Shown here piece by piece: positions 50,184-59,463 of a DNA stretch of 64,000 nt; position 1 is the stretch's first letter; the number at the start of each line of letters is the position of its first letter. This stretch comes from an uncultured Alphaproteobacteria bacterium. Its GTDB lineage: Bacteria > Pseudomonadota > Alphaproteobacteria > RF32 > CAG-239. The notes under the pieces are model-generated. The model worked only from the letters and a program-made list of their open reading frames with translations. It was not told the origin of the DNA and ran no database searches. Both the position numbers and the translations under genes were made by a program. Location of the stretch: NCBI GenBank assembly GCA_944392275.1, contig CALXWA010000003.1, positions 31,286 to 95,285 of the forward strand. Direction: 5' to 3'.

Positions 50184-50997
50184 GCAGCCTCTTGGCTATG
50201 GCTATCACATCCTCTGCCGCCTCAGAAGCCGGATAGCGGTTAATGATTGATGTCTGATTACGGATTGAATCTCTGACCCGTGTGTCTCGTCTTATTATAC
50301 CTAAGAGCGGAGGATTGATTTTCAAGAAGTTATTGCAGGCTTTGAGTAATGTTTCATAAGTTCTTTGCCCTTCCCGAAGCGAGTTGGCTTGGTTAATTAC
50401 CAAGTTAATTTTGCTTTTGGGGTACTGCAAAGTCATAATTTTTATAAATGCATATGCATCGGTTAATGAGGTTGGCTCATCGGTACAAACGACCAAGATT
50501 TTTTCGGCCATCCCGGACAAAATCCGGACCGGCTTTTCAACTCCGGCCCCCATATCTAAAATGATCTTGTCATAATTGGTTGCCAAAAGATTGAGGTCTT
50601 CTCCCAAAATTTGCAAACGTCCGACCGGCATAGATGCCAATCCCGCCGACCCGGAACGCCCGGCTATAATATCAAAGTTCCCCTTATCATAGTGATAGAC
50701 AACTTGGTTAAGACTGAGTGCCCCGCTGACCACACTGCCTAAATCATTTTTTACCATGAGACCTAACTGTATATCAATATTGGCTAAGCCCAAATCGCCA
50801 TCAAACAACAATGTTTTTTGGCGTAAGGAACTTAATGCATGGGCCAGCGTAATTGAAAACCACGTCTTCCCGACCCCTCCTTTTCCGGAAGCAACGGCAA
50901 GCATATTTTTCCCTTTATGCAAACTTCGGGGAGAGATGCTTTTCGGGGCTAATTTTAATTCTTCGCTATCTTCCATCTTTTCCTCTTTCAGGCTCAT
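50158..50997 (-). CDS. flhG: MinD/ParA-family ATPase FlhG (flagellar number regulator)
   Basis: Deviant Walker A (ASGKGGVGKT). Position directly after flhF. Confidence 0.75.
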   Translation of the reverse strand: MSLKEEKMEDSEELKLAPKSISPRSLHKGKNMLAVASGKGGVGKTWFSITLAHALSSLRQKTLLFDGDLGLANIDIQLGLMVKNDLGSVVSGALSLNQVVYHYDKGNFDIIAGRSGSAGLASMPVGRLQILGEDLNLLATNYDKIILDMGAGVEKPVRILSGMAEKILVVCTDEPTSLTDAYAFIKIMTLQYPKSKINLVINQANSLREGQRTYETLLKACNNFLKINPPLLGIIRRDTRVRDSIRNQTSIINRYPASEAAEDVIAIAKRLLADGQFNN

Positions 50998-51947
50998 GCC
51001 AAAATCAATCGAGCCAAAGACTTGCTGTCAACTTGGGCTAAACCGGCCGCTATTGACGAACTGACACTGGCTCCGCAAAAACTAAATTTACAATAATCGG
51101 CAACGGTTATCACGCCACCGATACGACGTGTTAAATCTAACCTTGTCGGCATTAAAAGCGTTGCTCCCAAACCGGCAAAAATATCGGCACTCTCCAGAGC
51201 ATCTCTTACATTTCTTCCGGCATCCATGGTTAAAACCTTATCGGCTTTTATGGATTCTGAAAACGGAGCAACTTTTTCAACTTCTCTGTCTATAAACGGA
51301 TTAATCCCCGGCGTATCTATAAAAAAATAATCATATTCATAGGGTGGCATCCGGATAAACTCATACAAAGCCCTAGCCTCTTTGAAAAAGAAGAAATCAA
51401 CATTCAAAATCTTGGCAAATGCCTCTAGTTGTTGATTGGCTCCGGCTTTGGAATTATCGGTACTGACAATTACCGATTTGTTTCCCCGCAATTTGGCTTT
51501 GGTGGCCGCTTTGGCTATTGCCGTTGATTTTCCGCTGCCGGGAGTTCCCATAAACATTTTAACTTTGCTTTCGGTCCCAAGCATTGGCAAAAACTGATAT
51601 TGCCGATCTAACGCCACTTCCAAAACTTGTCTTTCACTCATTCCCGGATTATTTCTTCCGACTTCGCGACAATTGGCTAAAATCTTTTCGCGTACCGCCT
51701 CCAAAACGTCATGATATTCCAAGGCATCTCGCAATGCCGTTTCATTAAAATGGGCTTTGACATCAATGGGCTGGATTTGATTGTCCTTGTTAAAGTCAAA
51801 ATCTTGCGTTTCATCAACTCCGGCCGTTAAAAAAACTTTGCCGTTTAATGTATAATTTGAAAGGATAACGGCATCACCGCCAAGCTGTTGCCGGACTAGT
51901 TGCATGGCTTCTGTCATGTTGGCGGCTTCAAAACTCTTAATTCTCAT
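50994..51947 (-). CDS. flhF: Flagellar biosynthesis GTPase FlhF (short form)
   Basis: FlhF N-terminus (M.IKSFEAANMTEAMQLVRQQLGGDAVILSN). SRP-type G domain with GTPGSGKST (G1) and DTPG (G3). Confidence 0.8.
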   Translation of the reverse strand: MRIKSFEAANMTEAMQLVRQQLGGDAVILSNYTLNGKVFLTAGVDETQDFDFNKDNQIQPIDVKAHFNETALRDALEYHDVLEAVREKILANCREVGRNNPGMSERQVLEVALDRQYQFLPMLGTESKVKMFMGTPGSGKSTAIAKAATKAKLRGNKSVIVSTDNSKAGANQQLEAFAKILNVDFFFFKEARALYEFIRMPPYEYDYFFIDTPGINPFIDREVEKVAPFSESIKADKVLTMDAGRNVRDALESADIFAGLGATLLMPTRLDLTRRIGGVITVADYCKFSFCGASVSSSIAAGLAQVDSKSLARLILA

Positions 51948-51959
51948 GCCCTATATCCC

Positions 51960-54074
51960 CTAAATTTGCCCAACTGTTTTGATTTTTGCTTTAGGGTGAA
52001 TTTCATTTTGCGACATAACAACCGTCATCGGGCGAAAACGCTCAATAATTGACCGAACAAACGGACGAATTCCCGGGCTGGTCAACAATACCGGGGTCTC
52101 CCCTTTGGCGGCCAGTTCTTCCAATACTTTACGAACTCGGGTGATAAAGTTTTGTAATACACTCGGGGCCATTGCCAATTGCCGATCATCCCCTTCGCCG
52201 ACAATAGATTCCGCAAATGCCTGCTCCCATTCCGGAGATAAGGTTACCAATTGTATTATGCCCAGTTCATTGGCATTCACATAAGAGAGTTGACGAGCCA
52301 ATCTTGCCCGAACATGCTCGGTAATCATCATGATGCTCCGTGTTGAAGCTATCGCCTCCGAAATACCTTCCAAAATTGTCGGCAAATCACGAATGGAAAC
52401 TCTTTCTTGCAGAAGATTTTGCAAGACTCGTTGCAAAGCTCCAAGGCTAATTTTGCTCGGAATAAGCTCTTTGATAATTTTTTGATTTTCTTTATCAAGC
52501 TCATCCAATAATTTTTGCGTTTCGGCATAAGATAAGAGTTCCGGCATGTTATCTTTTACCAGTTCGGTAATATGTGTAGTTACGACCGTAGCCGGATCAA
52601 CCACCGTGTATCCGCGGAACATTGCTTCTTCTCGGTAAGATGGATCAACCCACATGGCTCGCAAGCCAAATGTCGGCTCGGTTGTTTTCTCTCCGGGGAG
52701 TGTTATCTCTTCCCCTCGCGGATCCATAACCAGCAATTGAGTCGGACGAAGCTCTCCGCTACCGGCTTTTACCTCTTTGATATAAATGTTATATTCATTG
52801 GCCTCTAACTGCATATTATCCTGAATACGGATGGAAGGCATTACAAACCCCAGCTCTGCTGCAAGGGCTCGCCGCAAGGCTTTTATTTGATCGGTTAATT
52901 TGCGATTTGTTTCTTCATTAATTAACGGAAGGAGAGCATAGCCGATTTCCAGACGGATCAGGTCAACCCGAAGCGTATTGGCAATTGGTTCTTCGGCGGC
53001 TTTGGCCAATTTTCCTTGCTTCTTTTCTTGTTCCAGTATCTCTTGAGCCTGTGCCATCGCCTCCTTTTGTCGCTTGTCCAAATAATAGGAGGTTGCTCCG
53101 GTTAATGAGGCTAACAGGACAAACGGAAGAGCCGGTGTTCCGGGAAGCATACCTAAAGCTAATGCCAAAAAAGAACTCAAGCCTAAAGCTTTCGGATAAT
53201 TGGCAACTTGCTCAAACAAAACTTTATCCGTGGAATCGGTCATACCGGCCTTAGACACCAAAATACCGGCCGCAACCGAAACAATTAAGGCCGGGACTTG
53301 GGATACCAGTCCATCACCGACGGTTAAGCGAATGTAAGTTTCTCCCGCATCGGCAAAGCTCATATGATTTTGCACCATCCCGATAATAATTCCGGCAACG
53401 ATATTAATAAACGTAATTAATAAGCCGGCAATGGCGTCTCCACGTACAAACTTTGAGGCACCGTCCATGGCTCCGTAAAAAGAACTTTCTTTTGATAAAT
53501 CTTCACGGCGTTTTCTTGCTTCATCCTCATTGATTAGACCGGAGGATAAATCGGCATCGATGGCCATTTGCTTTCCGGGCATGGCGTCTAATGCAAAGCG
53601 GGCTGCAACTTCTGCAATACGTCCGGAACCTTTGGTAATAACAACAAAGTTTACCAATACCAAAATCGCAAAAACGATAACACCGATCACAAAGTTATTG
53701 CCCATAATAAACCCGCCAAAGGCCTTAATAACCTCACCGGCGGCATCCGGCCCCAAATATCCTCGCGATAAAATTAATCGGGTGGATGCCAAATTTAAGG
53801 ACAGTCGATACATGGTTGTTATCAATAAAACGAGCGGAAAAGCACTAAACTCTGTCGGCTTCTCAATAAAAATGGCCGTCATTAAAACCAGACACGACAA
53901 GGTAATTGAAAAGGCCAAGGCAATATCCAATAACCATGCCGGCATCGGCATAATCAAAATAACCAACATCAAAATGATGGATAAAGCAAAAAAGATATCT
54001 CCTCGTTTGGTCGCACCGAGGAACATTTCCTTAAAGCTCTTACCGCCGAACATATTTGGTGTTTGATTTGCCAT
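51960..54074 (-). CDS. flhA: Flagellar export apparatus protein FlhA
   Basis: 704 aa. Eight-TM N-terminal domain with the conserved FHIPEP region. Cytoplasmic C-terminal domain. Confidence 0.95.
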   Translation of the reverse strand: MANQTPNMFGGKSFKEMFLGATKRGDIFFALSIILMLVILIMPMPAWLLDIALAFSITLSCLVLMTAIFIEKPTEFSAFPLVLLITTMYRLSLNLASTRLILSRGYLGPDAAGEVIKAFGGFIMGNNFVIGVIVFAILVLVNFVVITKGSGRIAEVAARFALDAMPGKQMAIDADLSSGLINEDEARKRREDLSKESSFYGAMDGASKFVRGDAIAGLLITFINIVAGIIIGMVQNHMSFADAGETYIRLTVGDGLVSQVPALIVSVAAGILVSKAGMTDSTDKVLFEQVANYPKALGLSSFLALALGMLPGTPALPFVLLASLTGATSYYLDKRQKEAMAQAQEILEQEKKQGKLAKAAEEPIANTLRVDLIRLEIGYALLPLINEETNRKLTDQIKALRRALAAELGFVMPSIRIQDNMQLEANEYNIYIKEVKAGSGELRPTQLLVMDPRGEEITLPGEKTTEPTFGLRAMWVDPSYREEAMFRGYTVVDPATVVTTHITELVKDNMPELLSYAETQKLLDELDKENQKIIKELIPSKISLGALQRVLQNLLQERVSIRDLPTILEGISEAIASTRSIMMITEHVRARLARQLSYVNANELGIIQLVTLSPEWEQAFAESIVGEGDDRQLAMAPSVLQNFITRVRKVLEELAAKGETPVLLTSPGIRPFVRSIIERFRPMTVVMSQNEIHPKAKIKTVGQI

Positions 54075-54089
54075 GTATTCTTTTTATCC

Positions 54090-55433
54090 TTAATGAGAAT
54101 CGGGAATCTCTATCCCTTCCTCCTGATATTGTTTTAGTTTGTTTCTTAGCGTTCGGATGGAAATTCCCAAAATATTGGCCGCACTGGTTCGATTACCCAT
54201 TGTGTGCTTTAAGGTATCAATAATCATGCGTCTTTCCATGCCGGCTAATGTTCCGTCCCCTGCAGGAGCCTGCACGGCCGGCCCTGTTTCTGTTGGCGTT
54301 TCTTGCTTGGTTTCTTTTGGCTCCCGAACAGCCGTCGGATCGGTTAGAATAATGGCATCGGTATCAATTTGATCGGATGTGCTCAATAATACGGCCCGAT
54401 GCATTGTATTTTCTAACTCACGGACGTTTCCGGGCCAGAGATAATTTAATAAAATTTTTTCGGCTTCAGGTGTCAAATCCTTCATCGGCAAATCATTTAA
54501 TTCGGAAAACTTTTTGATAAAATGTTTGGCAAGTACAATGATATCTCCGCTTCTGTCTTTGAGATCCGGAATATTGATATTAATCACATTCAACCGATAA
54601 TATAAATCCTGACGAAACGTTCCATTTTTGACGGCCTCTTCCAAATTGCGGTTAGAGGTTGCAATAATACGGGTGTTGACTTTTATTGGGGCTTTCCCTC
54701 CGATACGGTCAATTTCTTTTTCTTGTATGGCACGTAACAACTTGGCCTGAATTCCAATATCCATTTCAGAAATTTCATCCAGTAAAAGTGTTCCGTCCGA
54801 AGCCTCCTCAAACTTTCCGATGCGGCGAGCAACCGCCCCGGTAAAGGCCCCTTTTTCATAGCCAAAAAGCTCTGATTCTAAAAGAGTTTCCGGGATTGCG
54901 GCACAGTTTACCGCAACAAACTTTTTATTGGCCCTTTTGGAATTGTCATGGATAAAACGAGAAAAAATCTCCTTACCTGTTCCGGAATTTCCGGTTAACA
55001 AAACATTGGCTTCTGACGGAGCGACTTGTTTGGCCATTTTTAAAATTGATTCGGTTTTTTTGTCCCCGTATATTAGGGCATGATTTTCTCGCGTTGCGGC
55101 CGCCAAAACGGCTCCGATTAACTCCGGATCAGGAGGAAGAGGGATATACTCCTTGGCTCCGGCTTTAATCGCCTTAACCGCTAAGGTCGGGTCATTGGCA
55201 ACCCCGCAAGCGACAACCAATACATTGATTCTTTCCTGCTCAAGGGAAGAAATGAATTTGTAGACGTCTAACTTGACGTCTATCATAACCAATTCAACAG
55301 ATTTTCCTGAACGGAGAATTTCCAACGCCGTTTCGATGGTATCGGCAAGCGAAACATGTCCGCCATGCTCAACCGCAATTTTGCTGGCTGCTCCTATTTG
55401 TCCGTTTAATGTTCCGACAATCAGTAATTCCAT
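54090..55433 (-). CDS. flbD: Sigma-54-dependent flagellar transcriptional activator (FlbD-like) with a degenerate receiver domain
   Basis: AAA+ sigma-54 activator core (GNSGTGKE, GAFTGA, ESELFGYEKGAFTGA). C-terminal Fis-type HTH. The N-terminal receiver-like domain lacks the acidic pocket (LLIVGTLNG instead of DD). Confidence 0.75.
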   Translation of the reverse strand: MELLIVGTLNGQIGAASKIAVEHGGHVSLADTIETALEILRSGKSVELVMIDVKLDVYKFISSLEQERINVLVVACGVANDPTLAVKAIKAGAKEYIPLPPDPELIGAVLAAATRENHALIYGDKKTESILKMAKQVAPSEANVLLTGNSGTGKEIFSRFIHDNSKRANKKFVAVNCAAIPETLLESELFGYEKGAFTGAVARRIGKFEEASDGTLLLDEISEMDIGIQAKLLRAIQEKEIDRIGGKAPIKVNTRIIATSNRNLEEAVKNGTFRQDLYYRLNVININIPDLKDRSGDIIVLAKHFIKKFSELNDLPMKDLTPEAEKILLNYLWPGNVRELENTMHRAVLLSTSDQIDTDAIILTDPTAVREPKETKQETPTETGPAVQAPAGDGTLAGMERRMIIDTLKHTMGNRTSAANILGISIRTLRNKLKQYQEEGIEIPDSH

Positions 55434-55450
55434 TAAAATCGGCCTCTATC

Positions 55451-55804
55451 TTATTTGGTTACACTTTTAACAATTTCTGTCATGGTAATGCCAAGTCGGT
55501 CGTCGACAACAACGACTTCTCCACGGGCGACTAAATTGTTGTTAACATAAATATCGATCGCCTCTCCGACTTTTTTATCCAGTTCTATGATGGCTCCTTT
55601 ATTCAGCTTCATTAACTGGCTGACTTTAATTTGCGTTTTTCCCAAAATGGCAGATACTTTTACCGGTATGTTATAGACCGCTTCCAAATCACTGGAGGAG
55701 GTTGGCAAATCAAAATCCTCTTGTTCTTCATGGGTCCGTAATACGGCTTCTCCGTCTGCTCCGGAGGTATCTTTTAATTCATCTAAATGTAAGTTATTGT
55801 CCAT
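55451..55804 (-). CDS. fliN: Flagellar motor switch protein FliN
   Basis: C-terminal SpoA/FliN domain (IPVKVSAILGKTQIKVSQLMKLNKGAIIELD...VARGEVVVVDDRLGI). Confidence 0.85.
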   Translation of the reverse strand: MDNNLHLDELKDTSGADGEAVLRTHEEQEDFDLPTSSSDLEAVYNIPVKVSAILGKTQIKVSQLMKLNKGAIIELDKKVGEAIDIYVNNNLVARGEVVVVDDRLGITMTEIVKSVTK

Positions 55805-56606
55805 TTTCCCTCTCTTCTTGTTTTTGTGTTTTATCTTCCAGCATATTGCTTACTTTTTCAAGCATTTTATCGGTATTTTTTTCGACCCCGCCGTTTTTCC
55901 ACTCAATTTTGCAATCCCCACGGGCAATTGACGCATCTTTATGCAAAGAAATTTTTCCTTCAAAATCATTGGCATTGGCAAGTTTGGGTAATATATCCGC
56001 TGCGGTTTTTATATCCTCCGGATTAAAGCTAAAGACCAAATTCTCTTCTTGTTTAAAGCTGGAAAAATTTTTTTTCAAAAATAATTCTAACTCTTCTTGA
56101 GCTTGTTTTTGCGATAAACTCGGAATCAGTTTACGAATCACTTCGGCAACAAAATGCAAATTATCTTGCTCCAATTTTTTTTGAAAATCGGCAACATCAC
56201 TCAATAATGCCATTAATCGGTTGTTGAGGTTTTGCAATTGTTCGGTTTGTTGATGTTCAAACTCTCCGTAACCGTTTTTAAATCCGTCTTCATAACCGCT
56301 TTCTTTGGCTGAGGCTATGGCCGCATCGTATTGTGCTTGAGAATAGGTCGGTTCCTTGGGTTGCTCCGGAATGGGATCAACTTTGGGAAGAGGAATCGGC
56401 TCCGGTTCAAGAAGCGAAAGTTCTTCTTCCTCTTTTGCAACCGGAGTATCTTGTTTCTCTTCTTCCGGATTTACAAGCGGCTCAATAACTTCTGCCTCCG
56501 GTTCCGGCAAAATATCGACAGACGTTTCTTCTTCCTGATTGTGTTCGTTTGTATCTTTCCAATCAAGAACAAAGTTGTCAAACATATATTTTTGATACTC
56601 TGCCAA
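55794..56606 (-). CDS. fliH: FliH-like flagellar assembly protein (FlbE of the Caulobacter-type fliF operon)
   Basis: Position between fliG and fliN. Acidic N-terminus. Coiled-coil middle. C-terminal FliH-like segment. Confidence 0.55.
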   Translation of the reverse strand: MAEYQKYMFDNFVLDWKDTNEHNQEEETSVDILPEPEAEVIEPLVNPEEEKQDTPVAKEEEELSLLEPEPIPLPKVDPIPEQPKEPTYSQAQYDAAIASAKESGYEDGFKNGYGEFEHQQTEQLQNLNNRLMALLSDVADFQKKLEQDNLHFVAEVIRKLIPSLSQKQAQEELELFLKKNFSSFKQEENLVFSFNPEDIKTAADILPKLANANDFEGKISLHKDASIARGDCKIEWKNGGVEKNTDKMLEKVSNMLEDKTQKQEERENGQ

Positions 56607-56616
56607 CTCTTCTTCC

Positions 56617-57639
56617 TTAATATACTAGCTCGTCGCTATCTTTGCCTTCGCTGATTACAATTTCACCGCTGTTTGCCAAATCTTTGGTGGCACTAACAAT
56701 GTATTGTTGAGCCTCTTCAACATCGCGTAAACGAACTGGTCCCATTGCCTCCATATCCTCTTTAATGATTTTTCCGGCACGAGAAGACATGTTGTTAAAG
56801 AACAGATTCTTAATTGTTTCAGAGGCACCCTTAAGGGCAATCGCCAATTTGTCTTTATCAATATTACGCAACAAGATTTGAATACCTTGCGAATCAACTC
56901 TGGACAAGTCTTCAAAGGTAAACATAAGAGATTTAACTCGCTCGGCACTTTCACGATTACGCTCTTCCAGAGCTTCCATAAAGCGGGTTTCCGTATTCCG
57001 ATCTAAAGAGTTGAAAATATCGGCAATCAGCTCATGAGAATCGCGTCGCGTAGACTTTGACAAGTTGCTCATAAACTCTTTGCGCAAAACATTTTCCAAT
57101 CCGTCCAAGACCTCTTTTTGTACTGAATCCATACGCAACATACGCATTACAATTTCCATGGCAAAATTTTCCGGAAACAAAGAAATAACTTTTGCTGCGT
57201 GCTCTGCTTTAATCTTGGAAAGAATTACCGCAATCGTCTGCGGATATTCATTCTTTAGATAGTTGGCCAAAACGTGTTCATTAACGTTTCCTAACTTATC
57301 CCACATGGTACGACCGGCCGGCCCTTTTATTTCTTCCATAATTACTGCAACACGGTCTTTATCCAGAGCTTTTGCCAATAATCTTTCCGTACTGTCATAG
57401 GTCCCGATTAATGTTCCCGTATCTGATAATTTTTCGGAGAACTCTTGCAATAATTGCTCAACAACATTGGAATTAATTTTGCCAAGGCTGGCCATGATGA
57501 CCGATAGTTCTTTTATCTCTTCATCATTCATTAAGGCAAAAAGTGAAGCTGAACGTTCTTCATCTAATGAAAGCATTAAAATGGCTGCTTTTTGTTGTCC
57601 GGAAAGGACTTTATAATCATCTATAACGTTTTGTTTCAT
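56617..57639 (-). CDS. fliG: Flagellar motor switch protein FliG
   Basis: 340 aa. Conserved FliG middle and C-terminal domains, including the torque-helix region. Confidence 0.9.
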   Translation of the reverse strand: MKQNVIDDYKVLSGQQKAAILMLSLDEERSASLFALMNDEEIKELSVIMASLGKINSNVVEQLLQEFSEKLSDTGTLIGTYDSTERLLAKALDKDRVAVIMEEIKGPAGRTMWDKLGNVNEHVLANYLKNEYPQTIAVILSKIKAEHAAKVISLFPENFAMEIVMRMLRMDSVQKEVLDGLENVLRKEFMSNLSKSTRRDSHELIADIFNSLDRNTETRFMEALEERNRESAERVKSLMFTFEDLSRVDSQGIQILLRNIDKDKLAIALKGASETIKNLFFNNMSSRAGKIIKEDMEAMGPVRLRDVEEAQQYIVSATKDLANSGEIVISEGKDSDELVY

Positions 57640-57654
57640 ATCCTTTTACCTTAA

Positions 57655-59277
57655 TTAATTATCGCTGTATAACCATGAACGAATGACATTGACGGCAACA
57701 TCTGGATTTTTTTCAACCATGTTATTGAGTTTTTTAAGTAGGGAAACTTTTACTCTGCCGTCTACTTTATTCATATTGACAAACTCATTATTGTCTTCTT
57801 CACTGTTTAAAAAGTTGGAAAGGAGCAAATTATCATCTTCCGAACCACTGATTAACTTGTCATTTTCAGAGGAGGAACCCGTGTCAAAGGCATTGTTAAT
57901 CAAGGGGCGAATTACTAATAAAATAACCAGTATTGCGACAATTGAAACCCCAAGGCCTTCTGCCATCCGCAATAATTCATCCTTGGTAAAACCAAAGTAC
58001 ATAATTTCTGGTTTCTGAACAAAGGTTTTGCGATTGGCGGCAAACTGAATATTTTCAACTTGTACACTATCTCCGCGGTTGGCATCGTACCCAACGGCCG
58101 ATTTTACCAATTCCGTTAACTTTTCCATTTCGGCCGGTGTCCGACTACGATAGACTTCTTTTCCTTCCTCATCCAATTCATAGATACCATCCACCGCAAC
58201 AGCTGCCGTTAACCTTTTAATAACACCGGAATTGCGAACCTTGTTACGAACAACCTTTGAGATTTCATAATTAATTGTTTCTTCCGTTTTGGAATTCTGG
58301 CTGACCGCACCTGAATTATTGAGGACTGCATCTCCGTTTGGAATATTTTGATCCACCGTTACCGGATTTATCGAATCGGTCGACGTACCTTCTTCCGAGA
58401 TAGACGATTGAGAACGTACAACCTTACTATCGGGATCATAGATTTCTTCATTGGTTACGACTTGGTCAAAATCCATTTCAATATTAACTTGAGCTTGGAC
58501 TCTGCCTTTTCCGACCGTACGTTCCAACATGTTTTGCAACTGGTTGGTCAGCTTGCGTTCTTGTTCCAAACGCATCATTTCGTTTTCGGCGTTGATAATG
58601 TTTTGTTTGTTGGTAGAATCATCTTCCGAGAGAAGATTGCCGAAACTATCAACAATCGCAATATTTTTAATATCAAGCTTAGGAACGGCGGCAGCTACCA
58701 ATTTTTGGATTGATAAAATACTCTTGGCATCCAACGGACCATTTACCGTCTTAATCATGACCGAAGCCGAAGGCTTTTGCTCTTCTCGGGAAAACATTTC
58801 TCTTTTAGGTAAAACCAGATGGACTCTGGCTGATTTTATGTTATCAACCGAACGAATAGTGCGAGCAAGCTCTCCTTCCAAAGCTCGAATCAAATTAACG
58901 TTTTGCACAAAGTTGGTACTCCCCAAAGCATCCGTGTTATCAAAGATTTCATACCCGACGTTAGATCCTTGTGAGGCCATGGCCAATTCGGCCGTATCAA
59001 TTCTCATTTTATTGACAAATTCTTCGGGGACTAGAATTTCCGTTCCGTTTTTGGTCAGTTTGTACTCGACATTGGCAGTTTCCAGTTCGGCAACAATTTT
59101 TTTGGCATCTTCAAGTTCCAAGTCCTTATAGAGCACTGAATACGTACCGGAGTTCATCCGCACCGCGATATAGATAAAAAAGCTGATTAAAAAAATGATA
59201 ATTGCCGCTATGGCTGCCAACCGACCAGGCGATAACGACTTGAGTGACTGCAGTAAATTATTCACTTTATTCCCCAA
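57655..59277 (-). CDS. fliF: Flagellar M-ring protein FliF
   Basis: 540 aa. N-terminal TM. Large periplasmic ring domains. C-terminal TM followed by a FliG-binding tail. Confidence 0.9.
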   Translation of the reverse strand: MGNKVNNLLQSLKSLSPGRLAAIAAIIIFLISFFIYIAVRMNSGTYSVLYKDLELEDAKKIVAELETANVEYKLTKNGTEILVPEEFVNKMRIDTAELAMASQGSNVGYEIFDNTDALGSTNFVQNVNLIRALEGELARTIRSVDNIKSARVHLVLPKREMFSREEQKPSASVMIKTVNGPLDAKSILSIQKLVAAAVPKLDIKNIAIVDSFGNLLSEDDSTNKQNIINAENEMMRLEQERKLTNQLQNMLERTVGKGRVQAQVNIEMDFDQVVTNEEIYDPDSKVVRSQSSISEEGTSTDSINPVTVDQNIPNGDAVLNNSGAVSQNSKTEETINYEISKVVRNKVRNSGVIKRLTAAVAVDGIYELDEEGKEVYRSRTPAEMEKLTELVKSAVGYDANRGDSVQVENIQFAANRKTFVQKPEIMYFGFTKDELLRMAEGLGVSIVAILVILLVIRPLINNAFDTGSSSENDKLISGSEDDNLLLSNFLNSEEDNNEFVNMNKVDGRVKVSLLKKLNNMVEKNPDVAVNVIRSWLYSDN

Positions 59278-59407
59278 TATAACTTAAGTTCAGCCAAAAT
59301 CATGTCTTTTGGCTTTAAAATAAATTTCCCCATTTATTTTTAGTTCTAACTTAAATTTATTCTTTAGGAAATTGAAAATTGAGATATTCACAAGAAAGAT
59401 TCTTTTT

Positions 59408-59441
59408 TTCAAAAAAAAAGCCCTCCTAATTGCGGAGAGCT
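59408..59441 (-). terminator. Rho-independent terminator after flgE, separating the fliK-flgD-flgE operon from the fliF operon
   Basis: Minus-strand hairpin GCUCUCCGCAAUUAGGAGGGC followed by U9. Confidence 0.6.
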
Positions 59442-59463
59442 TTTTTTCCCTTTGTTCCTATTT

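Noticed and set aside
59278-59407. Search for a sigma-54 (GG-N10-GC) or CtrA (TTAA-N7-TTAA) motif upstream of fliF
   Set aside because: No convincing match was found by eye; TTGGCTGAACTTAAG lacks the -12 GC element. It cannot be called without a transcription start site or a position-weight-matrix scan.
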